DNA of 45,421 bases from the IMG/VR virus record IMGVR_UViG_3300025738_000172, positions 1 to 45,421 of that record, one strand, 5' to 3'. Of the stretch, positions 19,626-29,354 are shown one piece after another (positions within the stretch are counted from its first letter, which is position 1; each line of letters opens with the position of its first letter). This DNA is from a virus (taxonomy: Duplodnaviria; Caudoviricetes). The notes beneath the pieces were generated by a model. That model had not been told where the DNA came from and did not search any database. It saw only the letters and a list, made by a program, of their open reading frames with translations. A program made the position numbers and the translations under genes.

Positions 19626-19966
19626 TAACCGATCACCACTGGACTAAAACCAGATAAGCATGCATTAAATGCAGGGTTTTCTGAAAGATCTACATCAAGA
19701 TCTGATTCGCGATAAGTGTATAAAGTTGATAATGCCAACATAATCGCAGCCTGTATTGCAGCTTGCTTAGATTGTTTTAAATCAGAAAAAACAATAATAT
19801 TTACAGCGTCAACAGGAACTTCTGCTTGAGTCTCGTATAAGTCACGCTCGGTTGCGTGTTCAACCATGCCAATAGCAGCACTAATAAACGTTTGAATAAG
19901 TAAATCATCATCATTTTCAGTAACGTTTAATTGTTCTTTTGCTATTTCTAATGCAACTATTGGCAT
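19625..19966 (-). CDS. Head-tail connector (HK97 gp6-like)
   Basis: AKEQLNV..DDDLLIQTFISAA...AIMLALSTLYTYRE. Confidence 0.88.
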   Translation of the reverse strand: MPIVALEIAKEQLNVTENDDDLLIQTFISAAIGMVEHATERDLYETQAEVPVDAVNIIVFSDLKQSKQAAIQAAIMLALSTLYTYRESDLDVDLSENPAFNACLSGFSPVVIG

Positions 19967-19987
19967 GATAAAACCTTCGTATTAAAC

Positions 19988-20015
19988 AAAAAAGCCTGCA
20001 ACGTTGCAGACTTTT
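19988..20015 (-). terminator. Rho-independent terminator
   Basis: AAAAAAGCCTGCAACGTTGCAGACTTTT hairpin. Confidence 0.6.
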
Positions 20016-20034
20016 AGATATAACTAATTAAAAA

Positions 20035-20364
20035 CTATTCTTCGTCACTTTTTTCTTTGTATTTTACAGCGACCGAAGGTTTAAGCGCCAAAATACGATC
20101 TGCGATTTCTGCGTCAAAACCTGCAATATCTTTATTGGCATAACGTTTGTAGGGAGAGGTAAATTCAAGCACTACTTTTTCTTGTTTTGACTTGGACTCT
20201 TTAGATTGTTCATTAGCTAAAGCTTTGTCCATAGCTGTTTTTTCAACAGTTAATTCATCATGAAGTTTACTAAGTGCTTCAACATCTAAGTCTTTGGTTA
20301 CTACTTCAATCTTCAGAGCTGTCGCTAGAATCACAATATCTGCGATTAATTCTTTTTTGTTCAT
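20035..20364 (-). CDS. Hypothetical head-region protein
   Basis: RBS AGGAG; immediately after the capsid gene. Confidence 0.75.
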   Translation of the reverse strand: MNKKELIADIVILATALKIEVVTKDLDVEALSKLHDELTVEKTAMDKALANEQSKESKSKQEKVVLEFTSPYKRYANKDIAGFDAEIADRILALKPSVAVKYKEKSDEE

Positions 20365-20375
20365 GTGTGTTCTCC

Positions 20376-20412
20376 TAGTTACATCACGTTAGTTAACTAA
20401 GTGATGTAACTA
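20376..20412. repeat. 37-bp near-perfect palindrome downstream of the capsid gene
   Basis: TAGTTACATCAC-G-TTAGTTAACTAA-GTGATGTAACTA. Confidence 0.75.
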
Positions 20413-20440
20413 CTAAATGAATGTCAGGGTTAAATACTGT

Positions 20441-21721
20441 TTACCAAGTAACTTTAGTACCTAGCTGTAAACCTTCTAAATGACGGAAACCAATATCATT
20501 ACCTGTTACCACTCTTAGTACAGATTGGTTTTTTGAGTATGCTGAAACCAAGTTACCTGAAGCATCGTTATATGTAGCTTCTCTACTAAAATCGATGGTG
20601 TAAGAATCAGTTTCACCGATGATTACATCATTCCAATCAGCAAAATAAATTTCTGTTTCGTTAGTGCCTGTGCCAAGGTTTACAGGGATAGTTGTCGTAT
20701 GCTTGATAGCCCAGCCCTTTAAGAACCCGTTTGCCATTTCAGGGTAAACTTTATTGCCATTACCATCACGCAAACCTTGCAACTTCATAAATGAGCGTGG
20801 TGACATCCCCCAACCACACATAATCATGTTTGAGTCTGATTGCATCAAACCTAAAATCAAGGTATCAAGGTATGCATCAATAGTAGCTAAATCAGCAGTA
20901 CCTGACCATTCCACAACTCGCCCACCAGCCACAGCAGTTGGTTTAAAGCCTGTCGGTGTGTTATTAGTGCCATCGTCTCTCAAGTAAGCTTTATCTTGGC
21001 GACTACTAATAGCATTGATCATATCGTTTAAGAAAATACCCTCAACGCGGTGACCTGCTTGACCGATTAACTCATTTGACATTGGCACGATAGACATTTG
21101 AGTTTTAGCTGACATTTTCACTTCGTCAGTACTGCCACCCTCTGCGTTCTGCGAGTCGTTCTCACCTTTATAGTTCGATGTTGCACCACTTGTTAATCGG
21201 GGCATAGTCAGATTACCGTTAATTAACGGGGCCGTTTGCGCACCTAAACCGCGAACAATTGAACGAGGTCGTAAAAGTTCGATGATATCACTAGCAACAT
21301 TTTCAGGAACTAATGCACCACCTGAATTCGTTGCTGTCGAAATAGCCATTGCAACATCTTTATCACCAATTTCGTTAGCCGCAAACTTTTCAGCTAAAAC
21401 CATATCATTTTCACCGGCTGCAATAGCCATAGCAAAACGGGCAACTTTTGCACCAGGGTAATCTTTTGGTGCTGATTTAGTATGAATAGCTGCACTTACG
21501 GCACTGCGAACTGGTGTAGCGCTAGCAATAGCCATGTTTTCAGCCTGCTCTGCACGGGAAATTTGACCACCTAACTCATCAAATTTAGTTTGCATACTGG
21601 TGAATTGTTCAAGTTCTTCAGCACTTAACTGCTCACCTTTACTTTCTTTAGCTGCTAATACTTGTACGGTTTCAGCAATTATCGCCTGCTCGCGGCGTAG
21701 TTCTTCGATGCGTTTTAGCAT
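20441..21721 (-). CDS. Major capsid protein, HK97 family
   Basis: N-terminal coiled-coil delta domain, GGALVPE...IIELLRP, LRDGNG. Confidence 0.95.
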   Translation of the reverse strand: MLKRIEELRREQAIIAETVQVLAAKESKGEQLSAEELEQFTSMQTKFDELGGQISRAEQAENMAIASATPVRSAVSAAIHTKSAPKDYPGAKVARFAMAIAAGENDMVLAEKFAANEIGDKDVAMAISTATNSGGALVPENVASDIIELLRPRSIVRGLGAQTAPLINGNLTMPRLTSGATSNYKGENDSQNAEGGSTDEVKMSAKTQMSIVPMSNELIGQAGHRVEGIFLNDMINAISSRQDKAYLRDDGTNNTPTGFKPTAVAGGRVVEWSGTADLATIDAYLDTLILGLMQSDSNMIMCGWGMSPRSFMKLQGLRDGNGNKVYPEMANGFLKGWAIKHTTTIPVNLGTGTNETEIYFADWNDVIIGETDSYTIDFSREATYNDASGNLVSAYSKNQSVLRVVTGNDIGFRHLEGLQLGTKVTW

Positions 21722-21744
21722 GGTGTTTACCTTATTTTAAGTAT

Positions 21745-21769
21745 AAAAAAGGCCGCTAAAAGCGACCTT
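21745..21769 (-). terminator. Rho-independent terminator-like hairpin
   Basis: AAAAAAGGCCGCTAAAAGCGACCTT. Confidence 0.55.
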
Positions 21770-21793
21770 GTGGTGGTTTACTCAGCCGCGAGG

Positions 21794-22741
21794 CTAGAGC
21801 TGTGATTGCATACGCATATGCGCTGCTTGGATTGAAATGCTTTGTTGCGGTACTGGCAGTTGATTTGCCAATACATTCTGAGTAATTTGATTTATTGCAT
21901 CTTGAGGTGTTGCTAATCTGTCAGCCAAACCTAGCTCGATACCTTCTTGCCCTTCGAAGCAGTCTGCTTCGGTCGCGATAACAGCCTCTACAGTGAGGCC
22001 TCGATATTTTGCAACTGCATTAACAAACTTTTGATAAGTGCTTTCCATGTTTTTTTCTATGTTTGTGCGCTCTTCTTCACTCAGCTCAGTATCGGGATGA
22101 AAATCAATCTTTCTAGCGCCACGATAAAAAGAGTGAATTTTAACGCCTTGTTCTTGGTAGTGCTGTGTGAGATCTAAACGTTTTGTATAAACACCAACGG
22201 AGCCAACACCACTCGTTTCAGAAACAATAATTTCACTACATGCTGCCGCAATTAAATATGCACCAGAAAATGCATTAAAGTTCACAATGCAGCGAATAGG
22301 TTTGATACTTCGTGACTGGTAAATAAACTCTGCTATTTCAAAAGCGCCCTGTGCATTGCCACCACCTGAATTAACATCAAGGATGATTTCGCTGACACCT
22401 TCATCATTAAGCGCTCGAGTAAGTTGAGTTCTTAATAATTCATAACTCATCATTTCTTCACATGCTTCAATAGCAAAACGTCGAGGCACTAAAATCCCAT
22501 GCACTGGAATAACAGTGATGCTCTCGCCATTTTCAGGACTGCCAAGTGCAATTGAAGTTACATTGCCTGCTGACACTTGTTGACCACTGTGGCTGTGGTC
22601 AATTGAAGATTCAGCAATTTTATTTTGTAAAAATGCTGCAACGGTATCTGCAATTTGTGCGGTAGCCAACAAAGGAACATTAAAGGCCAGTTGTGCTATA
22701 TGTGAATAATTAATTATTTTTGGGCTTAATTGGTTGGACAT
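21794..22741 (-). CDS. Prohead protease, S49 (SppA/ClpP-like) family
   Basis: LDVNSGGG, AFSGAYLIAAAC, GSVGV, GLADRL. Confidence 0.92.
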   Translation of the reverse strand: MSNQLSPKIINYSHIAQLAFNVPLLATAQIADTVAAFLQNKIAESSIDHSHSGQQVSAGNVTSIALGSPENGESITVIPVHGILVPRRFAIEACEEMMSYELLRTQLTRALNDEGVSEIILDVNSGGGNAQGAFEIAEFIYQSRSIKPIRCIVNFNAFSGAYLIAAACSEIIVSETSGVGSVGVYTKRLDLTQHYQEQGVKIHSFYRGARKIDFHPDTELSEEERTNIEKNMESTYQKFVNAVAKYRGLTVEAVIATEADCFEGQEGIELGLADRLATPQDAINQITQNVLANQLPVPQQSISIQAAHMRMQSQL

Positions 22742-23985
22742 AAAACTTCCTTAACTTCTTGAACTCGCTCCGGTGAAGCAGTTTTGTTATTAATTGGCCT
22801 ATTGTTAGCATCAACCATATTTAAAGGCTCTAGGTAGGTATTACCACCGTCTACAGGAGGTAAATTTTCTAAACGCCTAATATCATTTACACACAACCAA
22901 CCCCACTGACGACCAAGGGCATAAGCTTCATATCTTGTTTTCAAGTCACCACGAATTAAACCGGCAACGTTAAATTCTATAAAATATTTTTTACGTTCTG
23001 ATGGTAAAAGTAAGTCTCTTCGCATGGCAGATTCCCATCTTTTAAGCCATGGCATCAAACCAAAAATCACATAGTTTAGTGATTGCTGTTCTATTGATTT
23101 GTAAGACTCCCCTGCACTTTCACTAAGCATTGATAATGGAATGCCGTACAATCGAGAAATATCTGCCACTGACATTCTCCGTGACTCAATAAGTTGTGCT
23201 TGATCGTTATTCATGGCCATTTGTTTGTAGGTCATGCCCTCTTGAAGCATGGCAACACTGAACATGTTACGAATACCTGAATGTTTACCTACAAAGGAAT
23301 TAACAACTTTATCGATGCCCTCTTGGGTTTTTATTGGGCCTACTTTTTCTGTAGTTGGTCGCTCAATAACACCCGACAACGTTGTGCCATTTGAAAATAC
23401 TTTAGAAGCATGTTCTTCAACAGCTAAAGATAATCCAATTGTGTCTGCACTTGTTTGCAATGGAGATAACCCTTGGAAACCGTCCATTGAGAACGCCTTT
23501 ACATGGTGAATCATGCGCATTGGCAGCGTTTCGTTTTCTTCAATTAAATGATAATAAGGTAAGCCATCGTTACCCTTTAATATTTGAACTTTGTCACGAT
23601 GGATAGGGATTAATTCAGTAATATTGGCTTTATTATCTCGTTCGATAATTGCTAGGTGGTTACCATTTAATCCTAAAAATCCTTGAGCTGTTTCAAAGTA
23701 TTCAAAGCTAGAATCTTTCTGGTTCGGCTGATTATGCAATAAATCATACAAAGGATGATCTACTGCTTTTTCTCTTTGATCACCTTGGCGTTTATAAACT
23801 TCACAAGGTAATTGCGCTACAGATTCTGCTAGCAAGGTGACACAGCGTCTTAAAGCTGATTGACTCAAAGCTGTCTTAGGATCGACAACTACACCTGATT
23901 TAGCATAGGCAGCTCTAGACGATCCAAACATACTGAAATTACTAGCGTTGTCATTCGAACCACCCCAAAGACTTGAGAAAAACAT
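22726..23985 (-). CDS. Portal protein, HK97 family
   Basis: LAESVAQLP, HPLYDLLH.QPN, GLSPL, NDIRRLENLPP. Confidence 0.95.
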   Translation of the reverse strand: MFFSSLWGGSNDNASNFSMFGSSRAAYAKSGVVVDPKTALSQSALRRCVTLLAESVAQLPCEVYKRQGDQREKAVDHPLYDLLHNQPNQKDSSFEYFETAQGFLGLNGNHLAIIERDNKANITELIPIHRDKVQILKGNDGLPYYHLIEENETLPMRMIHHVKAFSMDGFQGLSPLQTSADTIGLSLAVEEHASKVFSNGTTLSGVIERPTTEKVGPIKTQEGIDKVVNSFVGKHSGIRNMFSVAMLQEGMTYKQMAMNNDQAQLIESRRMSVADISRLYGIPLSMLSESAGESYKSIEQQSLNYVIFGLMPWLKRWESAMRRDLLLPSERKKYFIEFNVAGLIRGDLKTRYEAYALGRQWGWLCVNDIRRLENLPPVDGGNTYLEPLNMVDANNRPINNKTASPERVQEVKEVLCPTN

Positions 23986-23988
23986 ATA

Positions 23989-24168
23989 TTACTTCTTATT
24001 CTTTTGTTGGTTGTTAAATGCATTAGCGCGAGACATTAGAAATGAAAAGAATGTCAAAGCGATACCTAAAGTAATAAACCCATACTGAGGTGCAATTAAA
24101 TAGGCACCATACGACAATAAAAAAATACCAATAAGGCCCAATAAGCCACTAACCCAATCTGCTAACAT
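23989..24168 (-). CDS. 59-aa two-TM membrane protein between terminase and portal
   Basis: [35 protein letters not shown]...; typical HK97-like position; absent from the ORF track. Confidence 0.7.
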   Translation of the reverse strand: MLADWVSGLLGLIGIFLLSYGAYLIAPQYGFITLGIALTFFSFLMSRANAFNNQQKNKK

Positions 24169-25874
24169 CCCACTGCCCCCGTATCATAAATAGAATCTTC
24201 TTCTTGAGGCTCACGTTCTTGTAACATCGCCTCACCAATTGCCATCATTAATGCGACAGCACCATCAATTTTGTTAATAGCTTTTTGCTTGATTGGTCTA
24301 ACAACATCGTCGTTACCTGGTAAGTTTTTACCTACAACGTTTGAAATATTCCAAGTCATTACGGGGTTGCCATCATGATGGAATCGACCATTATTAATTG
24401 CGGCCTCGAGTTCTTTCATCGGGTCGCTTAAGTTTGTGTAGTTCTGAGTTATTGTTACCACTTCAAGGCCGTCATCCATAAGGTGATGACCAAGGTTAGT
24501 CGCGCCATGCGGATCAAGTGGTATTTTGATGCTCGGTGTTTCTAAATGACTTGCAAGAATGTCCTGTTGTATTTCACGGTAATCAATTTCTGCACCATCG
24601 GTAACACTTAGCACACCAAGGTTTATATATTTTTGGTAACGATCACCAAGTGATTTGTTTTCATTATCAAACGCTGTGTCATACGGCACCCAGAATTGAG
24701 GTGATATACAATACCAGTGCTTCTTACCGTCAATTGTTTTCCAGAAGATACGAGCCTTTGAGTTCATATCCAACTTACGAGCTAAATCGCAAGCTTGAAC
24801 ACAATCATCACCAATGAACTGATCAATACTTAGTGTTTTATCTTCACAAGCTTTCCATTTTTCCATGTTGAAATAAGCTTCTTTAGCAGAAACCCACATG
24901 TTTAAATGTTTTGTTTTAAAACGGTTAGTGAAACGCGGTCTTGATATCGCTTTTTGCTGCTGATTGAGTAAGTAGTCAGCTTTAACCGAAACACCGTAAT
25001 TTGGATTTGCTTTAATTAGTGCCGCTGGAGAGGTCCAGTCATCACCTTCATCAATACCAAAAATCAAACCGAACAAGGTATCGTCTTTCATGCCTTGCAG
25101 CATTTCAACAACACGCTGTTCAAGATCATAACAAGGGCTATCAATATCAGTGCCGGCGGTTGTGATAACCAACATCATTGGTTGTTCACGCGCCCCCATA
25201 CCCGTATTGAAAGTATCATATTGATCATCACTTGGATGTTCATGATACTCATCAACAATAGCAATGTGTGGACTAGCACCATCACCAGGCTGACCAATAA
25301 CAGGCTCGAAGATAGAGCCATCCGTTTTAACTAATTTTTTAGCGTTAACTTCAATACCAAATCGTTTTCTTAAATTCGGCAGCTTTTGAACCATTAATTT
25401 GGCAGGCTTAAAAACCTCCCAAGCTTGCTTTTCGTTGGTAGCGCCACAAAAAACCTCTGCGCCATATTCGTTATCAGCGCAAAAGCCATAAAGGCCAACA
25501 CCAGCTGCAACAGCTGACTTTCCATTTTTACGCGGAACTTTTAAATACAACTCTCGAAAACGACGAGTATTGTCAGACTTTTTCAGCCAACCAAAACCAA
25601 CAGAAAAAAAGAATAGTTGCCAGGGTTCTAATGTTATTTTTAATTTTCGTCTTAACCACTCGCCCTTGGTATGCGGCAATAGCTGAATAAATTTGCAGAT
25701 ACGCTCTGCTGCATCACGGTCAAATTTATAGAGAAACTTTTTATTTTTCTGTTTTTTTAAATCGTCTAAATGTCGTTTACAGGCAAGAATAGTTAATTTG
25801 CATGCCGGGATTTTTTTCGCTACTACTTCTCGGGCATATTTGTTTGCTGCGTTAACATTTGGGTAAGTAGACAT
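24162..25874 (-). CDS. terL: Terminase large subunit
   Basis: VPRKNGKS Walker A, IVDEYH Walker [17 protein letters not shown]. Confidence 0.96.
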   Translation of the reverse strand: MSTYPNVNAANKYAREVVAKKIPACKLTILACKRHLDDLKKQKNKKFLYKFDRDAAERICKFIQLLPHTKGEWLRRKLKITLEPWQLFFFSVGFGWLKKSDNTRRFRELYLKVPRKNGKSAVAAGVGLYGFCADNEYGAEVFCGATNEKQAWEVFKPAKLMVQKLPNLRKRFGIEVNAKKLVKTDGSIFEPVIGQPGDGASPHIAIVDEYHEHPSDDQYDTFNTGMGAREQPMMLVITTAGTDIDSPCYDLEQRVVEMLQGMKDDTLFGLIFGIDEGDDWTSPAALIKANPNYGVSVKADYLLNQQQKAISRPRFTNRFKTKHLNMWVSAKEAYFNMEKWKACEDKTLSIDQFIGDDCVQACDLARKLDMNSKARIFWKTIDGKKHWYCISPQFWVPYDTAFDNENKSLGDRYQKYINLGVLSVTDGAEIDYREIQQDILASHLETPSIKIPLDPHGATNLGHHLMDDGLEVVTITQNYTNLSDPMKELEAAINNGRFHHDGNPVMTWNISNVVGKNLPGNDDVVRPIKQKAINKIDGAVALMMAIGEAMLQEREPQEEDSIYDTGAVGC

Positions 25875-25877
25875 TGA

Positions 25878-26318
25878 TTAAAATTCATCAAATTCATTTT
25901 CGTCGTCGCCCCCTTTGCCACTCAAACCTGCACCGACAACTCTAGAACGTGACAAAGGATCTAATCCTAATAGCGAGCCCAACATTTTTAATTGACCAAC
26001 TGCGATTTTATTAATATTTACCGATGGATGAACTTTTTCACCACCGTCAGCCGTTGAAGAATATAAAGTTTTTTCCATATCTTCTTGGGTTTCAAGCATC
26101 AACGACCATGCGTTGCAATACGTAACCAATATGGGTAAATCTTCCATGGCCAAAGTACCGCGAGAAATCATGATCTTACTTTGGGTTTTCCAAAGGTTTC
26201 TTGAATTTTCATCACGACATTGTTCAGGTGGTGCAACTCTTGTTAACGTTGGATCACCAACTGATACCAGTGCATCTTTCTTTTTTCTTCCGGCTCCGGC
26301 GGCTCGAACAGCGGTCAA
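25878..26318 (-). CDS. terS: Terminase small subunit (P27 family)
   Basis: GAGRK...LGLDPLSRSR; upstream of terL. Confidence 0.88.
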   Translation of the reverse strand: MTAVRAAGAGRKKKDALVSVGDPTLTRVAPPEQCRDENSRNLWKTQSKIMISRGTLAMEDLPILVTYCNAWSLMLETQEDMEKTLYSSTADGGEKVHPSVNINKIAVGQLKMLGSLLGLDPLSRSRVVGAGLSGKGGDDENEFDEF

Positions 26319-26334
26319 ATTAACCTCGAAAATA

Positions 26335-26431
26335 TTTCAAAAAAGTTTTCTTATTTCTTACGCGTAAAAATTGACTTAGGTGGCTGTACTGGTGGAGCGT
26401 TTTGTTTTGAACAATTTTAGGCCCCCTCCCA
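26335..26431. other. Probable cos/packaging region
   Basis: Intergenic region upstream of terS in an HNH-terminase phage, with GGGAGGGGGC...TTTTTACGCG...AAAACTTTT elements; exact cut site not determined. Confidence 0.5.
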
Positions 26432-26701
26432 TCAACCTAGCTCGTTTGTCAGGCTAGGGAGTTGATACTTAGTGAAGCGCTCCGATAAGAATGATTCATA
26501 GCATGTAGTGGCAACACATAGTTCCTGCTTGGCTCTATCAAAGAGTTTGTTACTAGAGCTTTGTTTACACTCAGGTAAAGAACGGTAATGAATTGCTTTA
26601 TCCACATACCAATCAGCATGTCGTAAAGCCCACTCAGGCATACCCTTAGCTATGGCTAACTTACGTAAAGATAAAGCCCTACTTTTTAATATCGAATACA
26701 T
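26432..26701 (-). CDS. Hypothetical protein, paralogue A
   Basis: LAIAKGMPEWALRHADWYVDKAI. Confidence 0.7.
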   Translation of the reverse strand: MYSILKSRALSLRKLAIAKGMPEWALRHADWYVDKAIHYRSLPECKQSSSNKLFDRAKQELCVATTCYESFLSERFTKYQLPSLTNELG

Positions 26702-26987
26702 TGACTACCTCACCCGTGTTCAAATATCTTTTTAAGTGACGAAAGCCTGTAGGATGGTTCACAAACTTACTTTGGGTGTAGCTCTCATAAACCCACTGAG
26801 CCTTAATGAAATAGAAAGCACTCATAGATATTGTCCTGCCTAAAAAAACAACATAGTCTTCATTGTTATCGACAAGCCCAATAGCTTTATCTAAACAGAA
26901 ATCACCGTGAGACAATGCCCAATCAGGGATGCCTTTTTCTATGGCTAACTCTCGCGCTTTAATTGTTTGTTGAAGCTTTAGGCTCAC
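26679..26987 (-). CDS. Hypothetical protein, paralogue B
   Basis: LAIEKGIPDWALSHGDFCLDKAI. Confidence 0.7.
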   Translation of the reverse strand: MSLKLQQTIKARELAIEKGIPDWALSHGDFCLDKAIGLVDNNEDYVVFLGRTISMSAFYFIKAQWVYESYTQSKFVNHPTGFRHLKRYLNTGEVVNVFDIKK

Positions 26988-27415
26988 TCTCTGTCTCTTT
27001 GTTTAGTAATTGCAGTGTGACCATAGCGCCTAAGTACTTCATTAACGGACTTGTTACGCTCCCATGACGTCTTAGTGGTTGCGCATTCATTACAGAAGCA
27101 TGAAAGGTTGCTGTAGTCTTCTGTTCCACCTTTGGCTACTGGCACTATATGCTCAGTTATCACACCTCTGACTACAATTGATGGAGTCATTAGCAAGTGA
27201 TTGATGCAAAGATGGTTAGCTAATTCTTTTACATGAGGTGATATGTGATACTTCCACTGACTTGTGTGGTGTACACGCTTACCTTTAGCGGTCTGTTGTT
27301 TGCCGTATTTGCCCCAACTTGCATTGCTTGCATGATCATCACAGTAACCGTGCCGCTCAACTGTTGTCTTACCGCATGATCTTTGCCTGCAGCGTTTAGG
27401 TGTAGCCTTCGGCAT
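26984..27415 (-). CDS. HNH endonuclease (packaging associated)
   Basis: CRQRSC...YCDDH, EHIVPVAKGG...NLSCFCNEC. Confidence 0.88.
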   Translation of the reverse strand: MPKATPKRCRQRSCGKTTVERHGYCDDHASNASWGKYGKQQTAKGKRVHHTSQWKYHISPHVKELANHLCINHLLMTPSIVVRGVITEHIVPVAKGGTEDYSNLSCFCNECATTKTSWERNKSVNEVLRRYGHTAITKQRDRE

Positions 27416-27744
27416 TAATGTTTATTCTCTAACGAATTTACATCTTCCTTTAACTCTTCTACTTCCCCATAGAGTACATCTACTCGCTGAGTTAATAGTG
27501 CGTTACTAGTGATAAGTGCATTTCTAGCCGGTACAGCTTTATCGATGGAAGACTGTATTTTGGTAAGCGTTATTGATTGAGCGCCTTGAGTTGTGATTAT
27601 TCTTGCCTGTTGTACTTGTTGGTCACTGACGCTTATACCTACCCATGCAAGTAGTCCCGTAATTATGGCGGCAATAATTCCGGATGAGGCTTTTTCAAAT
27701 TGACTTAGTCTATGGGGAATATATTGCTCTTGGTTGTTTGACAC
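27415..27744 (-). CDS. Single-TM coiled-coil protein in the lysis cassette
   Basis: IIAAIITGLLAWVGI followed by a coiled coil. Confidence 0.6.
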   Translation of the reverse strand: MSNNQEQYIPHRLSQFEKASSGIIAAIITGLLAWVGISVSDQQVQQARIITTQGAQSITLTKIQSSIDKAVPARNALITSNALLTQRVDVLYGEVEELKEDVNSLENKH

Positions 27745-28313
27745 TACTTACCGCCTTTAAATAAACCAACTAAACTTGCCAATCCAGAAGAAGGTGCCGT
27801 ATTAGATACCGCTTGATACTTCTGTTGTTTCTCTTTAGTTCTCATACCGAAGTAAGCGCGTAACAGGCCTGAAGGAATTCCCAGTAACGCAAGGACTAAC
27901 GGCCAGTTATTGCCAATAGCGATAACTGTTTCTGAATCTTTTTCATTGATAGCAATACCAAGCATGATAACTAAACCAACAATTGCGAACGCTACAACCC
28001 AAGCCATCATCAATGCTATGAATGGTCTTGTTGAGTTACCTGTTTTATCTACATCACCTAATGCGGCTATTACTTTGGTGTGCTCTTTAATCTCTGTTAT
28101 CTCAACATCAAACTCTTTAGATAATAGAACGGCTTGTTGATCTGCAGGTAATGAGGAAACTGCATCTTGAATTTGTTCGCCTGTTGCGTTGGTTGTAAGC
28201 TTTGAATCATCAGGTAAGAATTCATTAACCACATTAAGTATTGCGTTCCCACCAGGTATAATATCTGCCAGAATTGATCCGCCAACTTTGCCTAATACTT
28301 TTAATAAATTCAC
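27744..28313 (-). CDS. Putative holin (3TM-holin-like)
   Basis: TRPFIA...TM helices...AYFGMRTKEK; next to the endolysin. Confidence 0.7.
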   Translation of the reverse strand: MNLLKVLGKVGGSILADIIPGGNAILNVVNEFLPDDSKLTTNATGEQIQDAVSSLPADQQAVLLSKEFDVEITEIKEHTKVIAALGDVDKTGNSTRPFIALMMAWVVAFAIVGLVIMLGIAINEKDSETVIAIGNNWPLVLALLGIPSGLLRAYFGMRTKEKQQKYQAVSNTAPSSGLASLVGLFKGGK

Positions 28314-28738
28314 ACTGCCACCAATTCAAAATGAGGTAAGTCTTTAAAGGTCTCATCGGATGTTCTACCGTCCGAATCCCAGTCACCGCCCCATCGAATG
28401 GTATGCGTAATGCGCCCAGACTTTAATAACTCATCTACAACACGCTTTACATATCCGTGAAATGAAGCAAATGCCATTGCATCATCCCAATCAGTGTTTT
28501 TTAACTCTGGGAAATATGGGCCTGCATCAACAGCCATAGAGGGGAAGCTGTTGTGTTTTGAGTTAGGGAACTGAACCTGAGAAAGGCCATCATTAAAAGC
28601 TTTCTCTTGCGCTTCCTTTGCTCGGTAACCGCAAAATATAGAGCAATCGACAGTCTTACCCACTTCGTTAAATATCAACTGTAGATCTATATGACAAGTT
28701 GCTAGTCTTGTTGTTGATGCTTTTCCAAACTTAGGCAT
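28310..28738 (-). CDS. Endolysin, M15 family L-Ala-D-Glu peptidase
   Basis: GYR..EAQ, SKH....MAVD, IRWGGDW, DLPHFEL. Confidence 0.92.
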   Translation of the reverse strand: MPKFGKASTTRLATCHIDLQLIFNEVGKTVDCSIFCGYRAKEAQEKAFNDGLSQVQFPNSKHNSFPSMAVDAGPYFPELKNTDWDDAMAFASFHGYVKRVVDELLKSGRITHTIRWGGDWDSDGRTSDETFKDLPHFELVAV

Positions 28739-28755
28739 AATTTAGTCTCAGAAAT

Positions 28756-28781
28756 AAAAAAGCCCTATCAAATGACAGGGC
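28756..28781 (-). terminator. Terminator in late leader
   Basis: GCCCTATCA-AA-TGACAGGGC plus U-tract on the minus strand. Confidence 0.65.
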
Positions 28782-28873
28782 AAAACATGTATATAAGATG
28801 GCTAACTGGTGTATTAATGGCTTGCCACACCAAACTTTAAGCACTGATATAACAATGCCGTTCGCTACAAATG

Positions 28874-28903
28874 AAAAAGCCCCTACATCTCTGGCGGGGC
28901 TTT
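28874..28903 (-). terminator. tR'-like terminator in late leader
   Basis: AAAAAGCCCC...GGGGCTTT. Confidence 0.7.
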
Positions 28904-28918
28904 AACAACAATAGCAAA

Positions 28919-28961
28919 ATGATACGCTTTTTTGAGGGTTTAAAAAGGACTTATCTGTCCT
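28919..28961 (-). promoter_or_regulatory. Putative late promoter with upstream palindrome
   Basis: -10 TATCAT (28924-28919), poor -35, inverted repeat AGGAC-N6-GTCCT at 28946-28961. Confidence 0.45.
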
Positions 28962-29224
28962 GTTGTGAAATTAACCACTGTATAAAGGATCATAATAAAT
29001 CGCATTTATGCGCATTAAGCAAGTAAAACGCTCACTTATTGTTGACAAGGACAACAAGCAGATGGTTAAATGCACGAACAAAATGTATTCACAACATATT
29101 GTCTTTACCGTCAGTGTTAACACTGTTTTACAATTTAAATACAAAAACACTTAAATTTAAAATCTAATCTATAATAGTATTATGTTTAGTTGAATTTTAC
29201 GGTTTCATAAAATGGAGAATGAAT

Positions 29225-29284
29225 ATGAAAAACTTTTTTATTAGAATACTAAACCTCACTATTGAAGGTGGAAGTGGCGCATAA
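29225..29284 (+). CDS. 19-aa leader peptide MKNFFIRILNLTIEGGSGA
   Basis: GGAG RBS 7 nt upstream, TATAAT at 29170-29175, followed by a terminator hairpin. Confidence 0.6.
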   Translation: MKNFFIRILNLTIEGGSGA

Positions 29285-29311
29285 TATCTGCCTTACCAAT
29301 AGTACTTTAAT

Positions 29312-29338
29312 AAAAACAGACTTTTAAGTCTGTTTTTT
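29312..29338 (+). terminator. Terminator/attenuator between leader peptide and DUF4760-like gene
   Basis: AAAAACAGAC-TTTTAA-GTCTGTTTTTT. Confidence 0.7.
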
Positions 29339-29354
29339 GCTTTTAAGGGACACC

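Noticed and set aside
3717-28285. Numerous opposite-strand or off-frame ORFs in the track (e.g. 5037-5315, 9283-9654, 14820-15110, 15435-15755, 23249-23509)
   Set aside because: Shadows of well-supported structural genes, with no RBS or recognisable motifs
28977-28995. LexA box-like CTGTATAAAGGATCAT
   Set aside because: Right half lacks CAG; not convincing
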